A stretch of DNA of 64,000 nucleotides from Pyrinomonadaceae bacterium (GTDB lineage: Bacteria > Acidobacteriota > Blastocatellia > Pyrinomonadales > Pyrinomonadaceae): the NCBI GenBank assembly GCA_036388775.1, contig DASVRD010000002.1:1482-65481 (forward strand), in the 5' to 3' direction. The notes below the pieces were generated by a model that made no database searches, was not told the origin of the DNA, and worked only from the letters and a program-made list of their open reading frames with translations. The position numbers were made by a program, and so were the translations under genes. Position 1 is the first letter of the stretch, and every line of letters starts with the position of its first letter. This document shows, in pieces, positions 10,139 through 18,720 of this stretch.

Positions 10139-10202
10139 GCGGCAGAAAATTGAAAATTGGCGAACGCGGTTTTGCTCCACAAAGTTTTCAATCTTCTGCC
10201 GC
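10139..10202 (+). terminator. long hairpin after the small-protein pair
   Basis: gcggcagaaaattgaaaa (10139-10156) pairs with ttttcaatcttctgccgc (10185-10202): 18 bp with 1 mismatch. A T-rich tail (tttctcattttt) follows. Confidence 0.5.
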
Positions 10203-10220
10203 TTTCTCATTTTTAAAGCT

Positions 10221-11300
10221 ATGAAATTAAAAAAAGTTTCCCAACAAACAATCGTTATCACGGGCGCGACGAGCGGAATCGGTTTGACGACCGCGCGAAT
10301 GGCGGCGAGAAAGGGCGCGCGGCTCGTTTTAATTGCCCGAAATGAAGAAGCCCTACGCCAATTGGCGGACGAGCTAAATTCCAAAAACACCGAAGCCATT
10401 TATTTCGCCGCTGACGTTGCGGATGAAAACGCTTTACAAAATGCGGCGGATGCGGCAATCGCAAAATTCGGCGGTTTCGATACGTGGGTAAACAACGCGG
10501 GAGTCTCGATTTACGGCGAAATTCTGGAAACGCAGCTTGATGATATGCGCCGCCTTTTCGACACGAATTTTTGGGGCGTTGTAAACGGCTCGCGCGTTGC
10601 GGCTGAACATTTAAAAAATCGCGGCGGCGCTTTAATCAATGTCGGCAGCGTATTGTCAGACCGCGCGATTTCGATTCAAGGCGTTTATTCCGCATCGAAA
10701 CACGCGGTCAAAGGCTTTACAGACGCTTTGCGGATGGAGCTTGAATCTGAAAATTATCCTGTCTCCGTCACGTTAATCAAACCGAGCGCAATCAACACGC
10801 CTTACACCGAACACGCGCGCAACCTGATGCCGCGAGAGCCGAATGTTCCGCCGCCGGTTTACGCGCCCGAATTGGTCGCTGAAGCGATTCTGTTCTGCGC
10901 GCAAAACGTTGTCAGGGATTTTACGGTCGGCGAAGGCGGAAAAATGATTTCGCTGATGGGCAACCTTGCGCCGCGTTTGACCGACAAAGCGATGGAATGG
11001 TCGGCTGCCGCAACACAGCAAAAGGCTTCTCCCAATCCGGGCAATCGTCCCGACAGTCTTTACGAAACTCATTCCGATTTACGCGAGCGAGGCAATTACG
11101 ACGGAATCGTTTTCGAGGAAAGTCTGTATCAGCGAGCGAAACTGAATCCGCTCTTGACGAGCGCCATTTTAATCGGCGGCGCGGCTGCGCTGGTGGCTGT
11201 GGTCGCTGGCAAATCTAATCGGGAGAGAAATGGAGATGAAGTCAATCACAGGAATCTTCAAAATGAACAGCCCCGCTCGCTCGAAGTCGGACACAGCTAA
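10221..11300 (+). CDS. SDR family oxidoreductase with about 100 aa C-terminal extension ending in a hydrophobic segment
   Basis: 359 aa. Cofactor motif ITGATSGIGLTTA, NNAG, catalytic YSASKHAVKGF. C-terminal LLTSAILIGGAAALVAVVAG looks like a membrane anchor. Confidence 0.85.
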   Translation: MKLKKVSQQTIVITGATSGIGLTTARMAARKGARLVLIARNEEALRQLADELNSKNTEAIYFAADVADENALQNAADAAIAKFGGFDTWVNNAGVSIYGEILETQLDDMRRLFDTNFWGVVNGSRVAAEHLKNRGGALINVGSVLSDRAISIQGVYSASKHAVKGFTDALRMELESENYPVSVTLIKPSAINTPYTEHARNLMPREPNVPPPVYAPELVAEAILFCAQNVVRDFTVGEGGKMISLMGNLAPRLTDKAMEWSAAATQQKASPNPGNRPDSLYETHSDLRERGNYDGIVFEESLYQRAKLNPLLTSAILIGGAAALVAVVAGKSNRERNGDEVNHRNLQNEQPRSLEVGHS

Positions 11301-11323
11301 TTCGTTTTTTAAAAGAGAATTTC

Positions 11324-11358
11324 AAACGGGACGAGACTTGTTTTTCGCCCCGTTTTTT
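11324..11358 (+). terminator. putative rho-independent terminator
   Basis: aaacgggacg ... cgccccgttt stem (1 mismatch) followed by a T-run at 11353-11358, 24 nt after the SDR stop. Confidence 0.5.
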
Positions 11359-11386
11359 ATTATTAAAGTTTGGAGGTCAACGTTTG

Positions 11387-12682
11387 ATGAAAAATAATTT
11401 AAAACTGTTCATTGCCCTGAGCCTGGTTTTCTGTTTCTCCCTGACAGCTTTTGCCCAGAAAAAAGATGACAAAGAAATTAGAGACGCCGGAAAACGCGCC
11501 GACCAAGCCGCGCGTGTTTTCCGCAGCATTATGGACAAGCCGGACAAATCAATTCCGCGCGAATTGCTCGAACGCGCCGAAGCCGTTGCGGTTTTTCCGG
11601 GCGTTCTCGGCGCGGCTTTTATCGTCGGCGGAAGCGGCGGTGAAGGCTTGATTTCGCGCCGCACGGCGACGGGCTGGAGTGCGCCCGCGTTTTTTAAAAT
11701 CGGCGGCGGCAGCGTCGGTTTCCAAATCGGGGCGGAAAAAACCGACGTTATTTTGCTGATTATGAACGACGGCGGTTTGAAAGGTCTGCTCGAAGACAAA
11801 TTTGAGTTTGGCGGCGAAGCGGGCGTTGCCGCCGGTCCGATTGGCAGAAAAGCCTCCGCGACCACTAACGCGACGCTCGACGCCGGAATTCTGTCGTATT
11901 CGCGCACCAAAGGCGCGTTTGTCGGCGCGGCACTGAAAGGCGGCGTTCTTTCCCCGGACAACAACAAAAATCGCGCGCTTTACGGCAAAACATCGAAAGA
12001 AATTCTGCTCGCCGAATCGCCGGTTCCGACGCCCGACGCGGTAGCGGATTTTCCTCAGACTTTGAATCGCTTTTCAAACCGACGCGCAAACGACGGAACA
12101 AACAGCGAAACTCAGCGCGTGCGAACCGTCGGAACTTCGACTGAAGCGGCAAATCCGCAAACTGAGAGCGATGTTTATTACGTCGTGAGAACTCCGCGCC
12201 GCTCAAACGCTTCAGAAGAAACAGAGGCCGCGCGAGCGCGTGACCGTCTTGCCAGAGAAATCCGCGCCGAGTTGTTGATGCTTTCGTCTTACGGCGTTTT
12301 CGACAGTCTTGAGTTTCAGATTTTGCCGGACAATTCGGTCGTGCTACGCGGCGTTTCAACCAGCGATAAATTAAAATCGGATGCCGAACAAGCCGTCAAG
12401 CAAATCGAAACCGTCACCGCAGTTCGCAACGACATCGAAGTTTTGCAGGCGTTGCTCGATGATCAACGCCTGCGTCAAGAGCTTTTCCGCGCAGTCTATT
12501 CCGGCGATCTTGCACGCTATTCAAGCGGCTCGCTCAACCCGATTCACATCGTCGTTAGAAATGGCAGCGTCACTTTAAAAGGCGTAGTTGATTCGGAAGC
12601 GGATAAAAATTTGGCGGCGGTTCAAGCTAATTCCGTTAATGGAATCACGGGCGTTAAAAACGAGCTTTTGGTTGAAAACTAA
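11387..12682 (+). CDS. secreted SYLF (DUF500/Ysc84-like) lipid-binding domain protein fused to two BON domains
   Basis: Signal peptide MKNNLKLFIALSLVFCFSLTAFAQ. SYLF-like block IPRELLERAEAVAVFPGVLGAAFIVGGSGGEGLISRR...GWSAPAFFKIGGGSVGFQIGAEKTDVILLIMN. C-terminal repeats end in VRNDIEV and VKNELLV (BON-like). Confidence 0.7.
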   Translation: MKNNLKLFIALSLVFCFSLTAFAQKKDDKEIRDAGKRADQAARVFRSIMDKPDKSIPRELLERAEAVAVFPGVLGAAFIVGGSGGEGLISRRTATGWSAPAFFKIGGGSVGFQIGAEKTDVILLIMNDGGLKGLLEDKFEFGGEAGVAAGPIGRKASATTNATLDAGILSYSRTKGAFVGAALKGGVLSPDNNKNRALYGKTSKEILLAESPVPTPDAVADFPQTLNRFSNRRANDGTNSETQRVRTVGTSTEAANPQTESDVYYVVRTPRRSNASEETEAARARDRLAREIRAELLMLSSYGVFDSLEFQILPDNSVVLRGVSTSDKLKSDAEQAVKQIETVTAVRNDIEVLQALLDDQRLRQELFRAVYSGDLARYSSGSLNPIHIVVRNGSVTLKGVVDSEADKNLAAVQANSVNGITGVKNELLVEN

Positions 12683-12713
12683 AACAAGCCTTTCAACTGC
12701 GGCGGAAGCGGAG

Positions 12714-12763
12714 AAAAACAAAAGAGCGAGATGAATCAAGTTCAAACTCGCTCTTTTGTTTTT
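12714..12763. terminator. bidirectional terminator between convergent genes
   Basis: aaaaacaaaagagcgag (12714-12730) is the perfect complement of ctcgctcttttgttttt (12747-12763), with A-run and T-run flanks. Confidence 0.75.
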
Positions 12764-12797
12764 TCACAAAGCTTAGAAATTTACGTCATTTCCCAGC

Positions 12798-13556
12798 TTA
12801 TAGGCTCTCAAGCCATTTCCGCAAATTCGGGGTTCGGTTTGTGCTGGAAACAAGCTTAATATTCAAGTTTCGCAAGCGCACGACAAGGCGGTCACGGAAA
12901 TCAGGTTCGAGGCGTTCAATAAAGTTGAGGTTGACAATTTCGCTGCGGTTGAGCCGGAAGAAAGTTTTAGGATCGAGAATTTGTTCAAGCTCGGTAAGAT
13001 TTTCCTTGAGCGGAAACTTGTTTCCTTCGGCGTCAAAGGCAAACGGAATTTCGTCTTGTGTTTTAATAAAAGCAATTTGACTGGTTTCAAGCAAACGGAT
13101 TCCGCCTTTTACTTTGACTATCAAGCGTTCTTTGTAGTTTAGTTGGGCGAGATTTGCTTGAACTTTATGCCAGAAATCCTGTTGCACGGAAACGAAGTTT
13201 TGTCTGAGCGATTCGAACTTTTGCATTGCCGCGACGAATTTTTCATAAGCAAAGGGTTTGAGTAAATAGGCGATGCCGTTGCGTTCAAACGCTTGCAGCC
13301 AAAATTGATCATAGGCGGTAGTAAAAATCGTCGGGCAAGCGACTCGACCATTTTCGTAAAGGCGAAAGACATTCCCGTCCAAAAGCTCGATGTCCGAGAA
13401 AACCAGATCGGGCGCGCGGTTTTCGTTAAACCAGACGAAACTGTCTTTGACGCTTTCCAGACGCGCGACGATTTTAATTTGGCGGTCGTATCGGTGAATA
13501 AACTCGCTCAATTTGTCGCCCGCCGGCAGCTCGTCTTCGATAACTACAACTCTCAT
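12798..13556 (-). CDS. LytR/AlgR (LytTR) family response regulator
   Basis: 252 aa. Receiver MRVVVIEDE...DLVFSDIELLDG...LLKP, then a LytTR-type DNA-binding C-terminus (FFRLNRSEIVNLNFI). Confidence 0.85.
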   Translation of the reverse strand: MRVVVIEDELPAGDKLSEFIHRYDRQIKIVARLESVKDSFVWFNENRAPDLVFSDIELLDGNVFRLYENGRVACPTIFTTAYDQFWLQAFERNGIAYLLKPFAYEKFVAAMQKFESLRQNFVSVQQDFWHKVQANLAQLNYKERLIVKVKGGIRLLETSQIAFIKTQDEIPFAFDAEGNKFPLKENLTELEQILDPKTFFRLNRSEIVNLNFIERLEPDFRDRLVVRLRNLNIKLVSSTNRTPNLRKWLESL

Positions 13557-14575
13557 TTCTTCAATTTTAGCAAAGGAATTTTGACGCTGAAAACCTGCGC
13601 GTCGCTCCGAATTTCAATCGGCTGTTCAGTCAAAAACGCATAACGCGCTTTTAAGTTCTCCAGCCCTGTGCCGCTCGTTTCTCGCGTTTGCGGTTTGGCG
13701 CGAATGTTGTTTTCCACCAGCAAAAAGTCTTCATCGAGCTTGACGCGAACCTGCAAAGGCTCTTTTTGATCTCCGGCGTTGTGTTTGACGACATTCTCAA
13801 GCAAACCCTGCAAAGCCGCCGGAATAATCATTTGACCGTTAATTTTAGCCGTCGTGACTTCCCAATCAAAATTATAAGCCCCGCCAAAACGCTGACCGAG
13901 CAGATAAACGTAATTTTCCGCAAAGCTTAATTCATCTTTAATGGAAACGATTTCCGTGTTCTGCGTATGCAGAATATAGCGGTAAAGCTCTGCCAATTTA
14001 CCTAAAAATTCATTGGCGATTTTCGCATCTTTCTCAATCAGAGACGATAAAACATTTAGATTGTTGAACAAAAAATGCGGGTCAACTTTCTGCTGTAAAA
14101 GTTTTAATTGCATCTCGCTTTGCGCCCGCTGTGCCGCTAAGAGACGTTCTTTTGTTTTGATCGAATCCGAAAAGTAAAAGTAAGAGATGCAGCTAAAGCA
14201 AACCATCGTTTGCGTAATAAAATCAATCAAATACTCGGTCACCCAATCATAAAGCGTGTGAGTTTTTCGGTAGTACAATTCCTCGACTCCGAATATTCCC
14301 CAAACGGTTGTGACCAGTGAGATAAACGGAATTGCCGAAATTAGAATTAAAAAATCTCTGCTCGTTGAAGTTGAGTTTTCAGACAGCAGCTTAAAACCGC
14401 GTCTGACCAGCACAATCAAACCCGCGCCGATCAGGCATTTGATGAACATCCAATAAACTGCGTCCCAGTGAAAAAAGAACCGTTCCAGCGAACGTGCCAT
14501 CTGCAGCTTGATGAAAACGAGGAATACGAAACAAAACAGCAACCAGCCCAGAAGTCCTAAAAGTCGAAGTTTCAT
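13553..14575 (-). CDS. LytS/YehU-type sensor histidine kinase (membrane)
   Basis: 340 aa. 4-5 N-terminal TM helices, His_kinase motif LLQQKVDPHFLFNNLNVL, ATPase part NVVKHN...GTGLENL. 4-nt overlap (ATGA) with the response regulator gene. Confidence 0.85.
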   Translation of the reverse strand: MKLRLLGLLGWLLFCFVFLVFIKLQMARSLERFFFHWDAVYWMFIKCLIGAGLIVLVRRGFKLLSENSTSTSRDFLILISAIPFISLVTTVWGIFGVEELYYRKTHTLYDWVTEYLIDFITQTMVCFSCISYFYFSDSIKTKERLLAAQRAQSEMQLKLLQQKVDPHFLFNNLNVLSSLIEKDAKIANEFLGKLAELYRYILHTQNTEIVSIKDELSFAENYVYLLGQRFGGAYNFDWEVTTAKINGQMIIPAALQGLLENVVKHNAGDQKEPLQVRVKLDEDFLLVENNIRAKPQTRETSGTGLENLKARYAFLTEQPIEIRSDAQVFSVKIPLLKLKK

Positions 14576-14633
14576 TTAATAACCTTTAAAATCTTATCTT
14601 TCACTCGCAGTTTATCGGTTAAGATCGTTATGT

Positions 14634-15635
14634 TTACTGAACCGTCCAGATGCGAACCGTTCCGTCAAGACTGCCCGAAGCCAGCGAGCGCCCGTCGGAA
14701 AGGAAAACAACGCTCGTAATTGATTGAGAATGTCCCTCTAACGTGCGTAATTGATTGCCCGTTGCAGTTTCCCACAAATGGACGGCTCTGCCCGTCGCTG
14801 CGGCGAGCGTTTTGCCATCGGGCGAAAAAGCGACGGCTGTGACCGGCATTTTCCATTTTAAAGGCTTGGGCGAATACGCAACTGCTATCGGAGTTTGCGT
14901 TTCAAGAACTTTAATGGTCTCGCCGGTTTCCGCGTTCCACAGGCGAGCCGTTTTGTCCCGACTAGCCGAGGCGAGAAAGCGACCGTCCGGGGAAAAAGAG
15001 ATGCCTATCACGGAGCTTCGATGCCCCTCCAGCGTTTTGGTTTTTTGTCCCGTTTTCAAATCCCAAAATATTATATCGCCGCGCGCCGCGGCAAGATAAC
15101 GCCCGTCGGGAGAAAACGCAAGCACGTCAATATAGCCTCCGGTTTCCAATGTTTGGAGCGGACTTCCGGTTTGCGTATCGTAAATGACCGTATTGCCTTC
15201 CTGACTGCCCACGGCGAGACGACGACCGTCCGGTGAGAAATCAATTGCTACCGACCAGCTTTTTAATTTTAACGCTCGCAGTTGTTTGCCCGACTTGACG
15301 CTCCAGATTATAACTTGTTGATCGTAACCGCTCGAAGCCAGCAGTTGATTGTCCGGCGAAAAGCAAACCGCATAGACTTCGCCTCGATGTCCGCGCAGCA
15401 CTTGATTTACTTTTCCCGCTTTCGCGTCCCACAGGTGAACTGTTTGATCAATGCTTGCGCTTGCTATCAGCCTGCCGTCACCCGATACGTCAATTGCCGA
15501 CACCGCATTTGTATGACCGCGCAAAATCTGCTCAGTCGCCGCTAAAGACTGGAAAACGGGATAAATTGAAATCAGCAGGTGAAAAACAATTGTAGTAACG
15601 GTTAATTTACCCGCGAACGGACTTTGACGAATCAT
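14634..15635 (-). CDS. membrane-anchored or secreted WD40 beta-propeller protein
   Basis: 333 aa. N-terminal hydrophobic segment LTVTTIVFHLLISIYPVF, then about 7 WD repeats (GHTNAVSAIDVS..DGRLIASAS.DQTVHLWD and similar). Confidence 0.85.
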   Translation of the reverse strand: MIRQSPFAGKLTVTTIVFHLLISIYPVFQSLAATEQILRGHTNAVSAIDVSGDGRLIASASIDQTVHLWDAKAGKVNQVLRGHRGEVYAVCFSPDNQLLASSGYDQQVIIWSVKSGKQLRALKLKSWSVAIDFSPDGRRLAVGSQEGNTVIYDTQTGSPLQTLETGGYIDVLAFSPDGRYLAAARGDIIFWDLKTGQKTKTLEGHRSSVIGISFSPDGRFLASASRDKTARLWNAETGETIKVLETQTPIAVAYSPKPLKWKMPVTAVAFSPDGKTLAAATGRAVHLWETATGNQLRTLEGHSQSITSVVFLSDGRSLASGSLDGTVRIWTVQ

Positions 15636-16201
15636 TTTTTCTCCTCCTTCGCTTCCGGTAACTGGAATATTCTTTTGCCCTGGCGAGTGACGATAACGTT
15701 TGGGCTGTCTCCGACGGCAATGAGACGGACGGAATGGCGATTATCGCTGTCGTGTATTTGCAAATTTGCGCCTTTTTCGTCGTTGGCGAGAAACATCGCC
15801 GTTTGCCCCTGCACCGTGTCGAGCGTCAAAGCCACTGTTCCCGGCTCGTCTGAAGTAAAATACCCGCTTCGCTCGTTGCCTTCGGCGTCCATTAATAAAA
15901 TTCCTGATACCGCTCCGTTTCGTTTATATCGCTTTCCCAGAAGCAGCGGGTCGGGAAGCGGCGCGCCGATTTGAACTCGTTCCCTGCCTTTTTCGTCAAC
16001 TATTATCAATCCGCGCGCTCGCAGCACAGAGTCCGGTGCGGCAACCGAACCGGCATTTGTTTTTCCGATAAAAACAGATACTGAGACAGCCGCCGTCATT
16101 AAAAACAGCAGCGTATAAAATCCCCAACTCAAACGACGGTTTTGCCGCTCAAGCTTGGCGACGGTTTCTTTAATTTCTTTTATTTCATTTTCTTCAATCA
16201 T
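15632..16201 (-). CDS. single-pass membrane protein, unknown function
   Basis: 189 aa. N-terminal coiled region, TM WGFYTLLFLMTAAVSVSVFIG, beta-rich ectodomain. Its stop overlaps the WD40 start by 4 nt, suggesting translational coupling. Confidence 0.6.
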   Translation of the reverse strand: MIEENEIKEIKETVAKLERQNRRLSWGFYTLLFLMTAAVSVSVFIGKTNAGSVAAPDSVLRARGLIIVDEKGRERVQIGAPLPDPLLLGKRYKRNGAVSGILLMDAEGNERSGYFTSDEPGTVALTLDTVQGQTAMFLANDEKGANLQIHDSDNRHSVRLIAVGDSPNVIVTRQGKRIFQLPEAKEEKK

Positions 16202-16568
16202 TTTTCTCTTGGGGTAAACAAATCAGAGTTATCGGCAGCTCGAAAATTGCCTTTTGTCAGAGCATCAAGAGTTGCAAGACTGTTTGTAAATTGAAAATCA
16301 GTGAATGCCGGAAAATTTCGCAAGAGTGACGGAAAATAATGGATGAGCTATTCGCCGTTTTGCCGGAGCTTAAAATAAAAATGCTTGATATTCAAATGCA
16401 TTTTTATTTTCGGCGAGTACGAGAACGTACAGACGACGTATTTTTTTGAAAATAATTATAGGAAAGATTTTTGTAACTTCGGGTTTTTATTATCTCCCTA
16501 ACATCTGCTTTTTAGTTGTCGAAAACCGAAGTTTATTTTTCATACAATTTGAAAGGCGGTTCAAAGCG

Positions 16569-17315
16569 ATGAAACGGCAAATTGCAATTATCAGCGACTG
16601 CGCATCTCCACTAAAAACCGGCGACGATCAATGCGTTTATGTCGCTGATTTAGCCGAAAATCTCGCCGCCGTCGGCTACGAAATTGACGTTTTTACCCGC
16701 CGCGATTCGCCCCATCAGCCGGAGATTGTTTATCCGTCGGAAAACCTGCGCGTCATTCACATTCCGGCTGGACCGGCGAGCGCGGTCGAAAAACAGGATT
16801 TGCTCCGTCTGATGCCGCAGTTTACGTCGTTTGTTTTAGGGCATTTCAAACAAAAAGATTACGACCTGATCCACGCGAATTTCTTTCTGTCAGGGTTGAC
16901 GGCTCTTAATCTTCACCGCGCGACGGAGACTCCTTTTGTCGTTTCATTTCACGGACTCGGACGCGCCGCGAAAACGGACGATTTCCCGATTGTTCGTCAG
17001 GAAATCGAAGACCGAATCGTGCGCGAAGCCGATGCGATTTTAGCCGCATCAGCGCGCGAAGAAAAAGATTTAAAATTTTTGTATGACGCTCCGCCGGAAA
17101 AAGTCTTTGTCGTTCCGACGCCGAAAGACGACGAAGCGTGGAAGCAGACAACTGAAAAAATCAGCCGGATTTACGAAAACATTTTGACCAACAAAATCTT
17201 GCTTTCGGCGACGATTAGAGCCGCGCTGCAAAATTTTCGGCAGCAAGCGCCGAAAATGGCTTTGTCGTTAAATCAGTTGCCGGATAAACAAAATTCTCAA
17301 AATCTGATTTCTTAA
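16569..17315 (+). CDS. glycosyltransferase family 4 N-terminal domain only (possible truncated remnant)
   Basis: Track ORF 16446-17315; ATG 16569 (MKRQIAIISDCASPL...). GT4 N-domain features (DVFTRRD..., LIHANFFLSG, VVSFHGLG, EADAILAASAREEKDL). The sequence leaves the family pattern after KVFVVPTP, and no nucleotide-sugar-binding C-domain follows. Confidence 0.55.
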   Translation: MKRQIAIISDCASPLKTGDDQCVYVADLAENLAAVGYEIDVFTRRDSPHQPEIVYPSENLRVIHIPAGPASAVEKQDLLRLMPQFTSFVLGHFKQKDYDLIHANFFLSGLTALNLHRATETPFVVSFHGLGRAAKTDDFPIVRQEIEDRIVREADAILAASAREEKDLKFLYDAPPEKVFVVPTPKDDEAWKQTTEKISRIYENILTNKILLSATIRAALQNFRQQAPKMALSLNQLPDKQNSQNLIS

Positions 17316-17334
17316 AATTCTTTCTTTGCTGAAG

Positions 17335-18570
17335 TTATTCAATTTTTGCCGGTTCTTTCGGCGGATTTGTCGTTGAGATGACAATTGTTTCGGTTGGCGA
17401 TTTCATTTCGTAAACAATTCCGCGCCAGGCGATTTTTCTGGAAAGAGCGGCGCAAATCGAGTTGTAGAGATAAACGGGCGGCGTCAGCGGAAACATGAGA
17501 ATTTGCGCTAAAGAACTTTCTTTTAGCTCTCTTCCGTAATCTTTTAAAATTAATTTTATGGCTTCGAGCCTGAGCCACGCCTTGCCCGCGCCGAGCGCGA
17601 AAATTACGAGCAGCAGCAGGAGCGGCAGCCAAAACGATTCGCCGGAAACAATGCGCCAAACAATCAAAAGCAAAAGCGAGTAAAAAGTTAAGGTGAAAAG
17701 CAAGCCGCCGAGCAATGATGTGAGCCAGAAATGCCCGGCATAAACGCGCGTGATTTTCATCTGTCTGGTTGTAAATTCGAGCATTTCGCCGAAGCTGCAA
17801 TCTTCAAACGAAGCAATTAAACACTGCGGAACAAAACGAATTTTCAGCTCGTTTTGCCGCATTGCGGCGGTCACGGTGAAATCATCGGAAAGCGTGCCGC
17901 GCCAACGGTCGCTGATTTTTATTCGTTCAAACGTCGGTCGCCGCATTGCCATCGAACCGCCCCAGCAAAAGTTGTTCGCGGCGTTTTCGCCCAATGCCGA
18001 GGCAATCGAAGCGTTCCAAACCGATTGCATTTCCGAGCCGAAATTTCGATTTTTTGAAATAAACCAGCGATAGCCGGTGGTCGCGCCGATTTGTTTGTCC
18101 GCGAGCGGCGCAACCAGATTTCGCAGCCAATTTCTCCCGACGCGCGCGTCCGAATCAACAAAAACGAAAATCTCGCTTTTATCCGAAACGTCTCGAACCG
18201 CGTGCCGCAAATTATGAACTTTCTGCCCGGTGTCGGTCGCTCGCCCGGCGACGACTAGCTTTGAAACCGCTTCGGTCGCCACGCCTTTCCACGCTTTTTC
18301 AATTACCGGAACCGCCGCGTCCTCGGCGTCGTCAACAGCAAAAATGATTTCGTAAGCCGGATAATCCTGCCGGTAAAGCGCTCGCAGATTTTCTTTCAAA
18401 TTTTCATCCAACCCGCGACAAGGCACGATGATGCTCGCAAACGGCGTGAAATCGGATTTGGGTTTTGCCAATTCTCTTTTAAAAAAATCGAGATAACGAA
18501 AGCCGCCGCGCAAGCTCATAATGCTCAGATAAATCAGGACTGCGGCAAATAAATAAAGTAAATAAATCAC
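17335..18570 (-). CDS. membrane glycosyltransferase family 2/21 (ceramide glucosyltransferase / HpnI-like)
   Basis: 411 aa. N-terminal TM, SIIVPCRGLDENLKENLRALYRQDYPAYEIIFAVDD, DSDARV (DxD), and C-terminal TM helices. Confidence 0.7.
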   Translation of the reverse strand: MIYLLYLFAAVLIYLSIMSLRGGFRYLDFFKRELAKPKSDFTPFASIIVPCRGLDENLKENLRALYRQDYPAYEIIFAVDDAEDAAVPVIEKAWKGVATEAVSKLVVAGRATDTGQKVHNLRHAVRDVSDKSEIFVFVDSDARVGRNWLRNLVAPLADKQIGATTGYRWFISKNRNFGSEMQSVWNASIASALGENAANNFCWGGSMAMRRPTFERIKISDRWRGTLSDDFTVTAAMRQNELKIRFVPQCLIASFEDCSFGEMLEFTTRQMKITRVYAGHFWLTSLLGGLLFTLTFYSLLLLIVWRIVSGESFWLPLLLLLVIFALGAGKAWLRLEAIKLILKDYGRELKESSLAQILMFPLTPPVYLYNSICAALSRKIAWRGIVYEMKSPTETIVISTTNPPKEPAKIE

Positions 18571-18720
18571 GGTTAAACTTTTACACTGGCTGCGCTTTTA
18601 TGCAACACAATTTATTTAATATAGAGCAAAGTTTCGGCGCTAAAATAAAATTGAATCATGCAAATCGAGAATTACTCTTTTGGCGAGACAGGGGATTTTT
18701 CATAGAGCGAAATAAAACGT

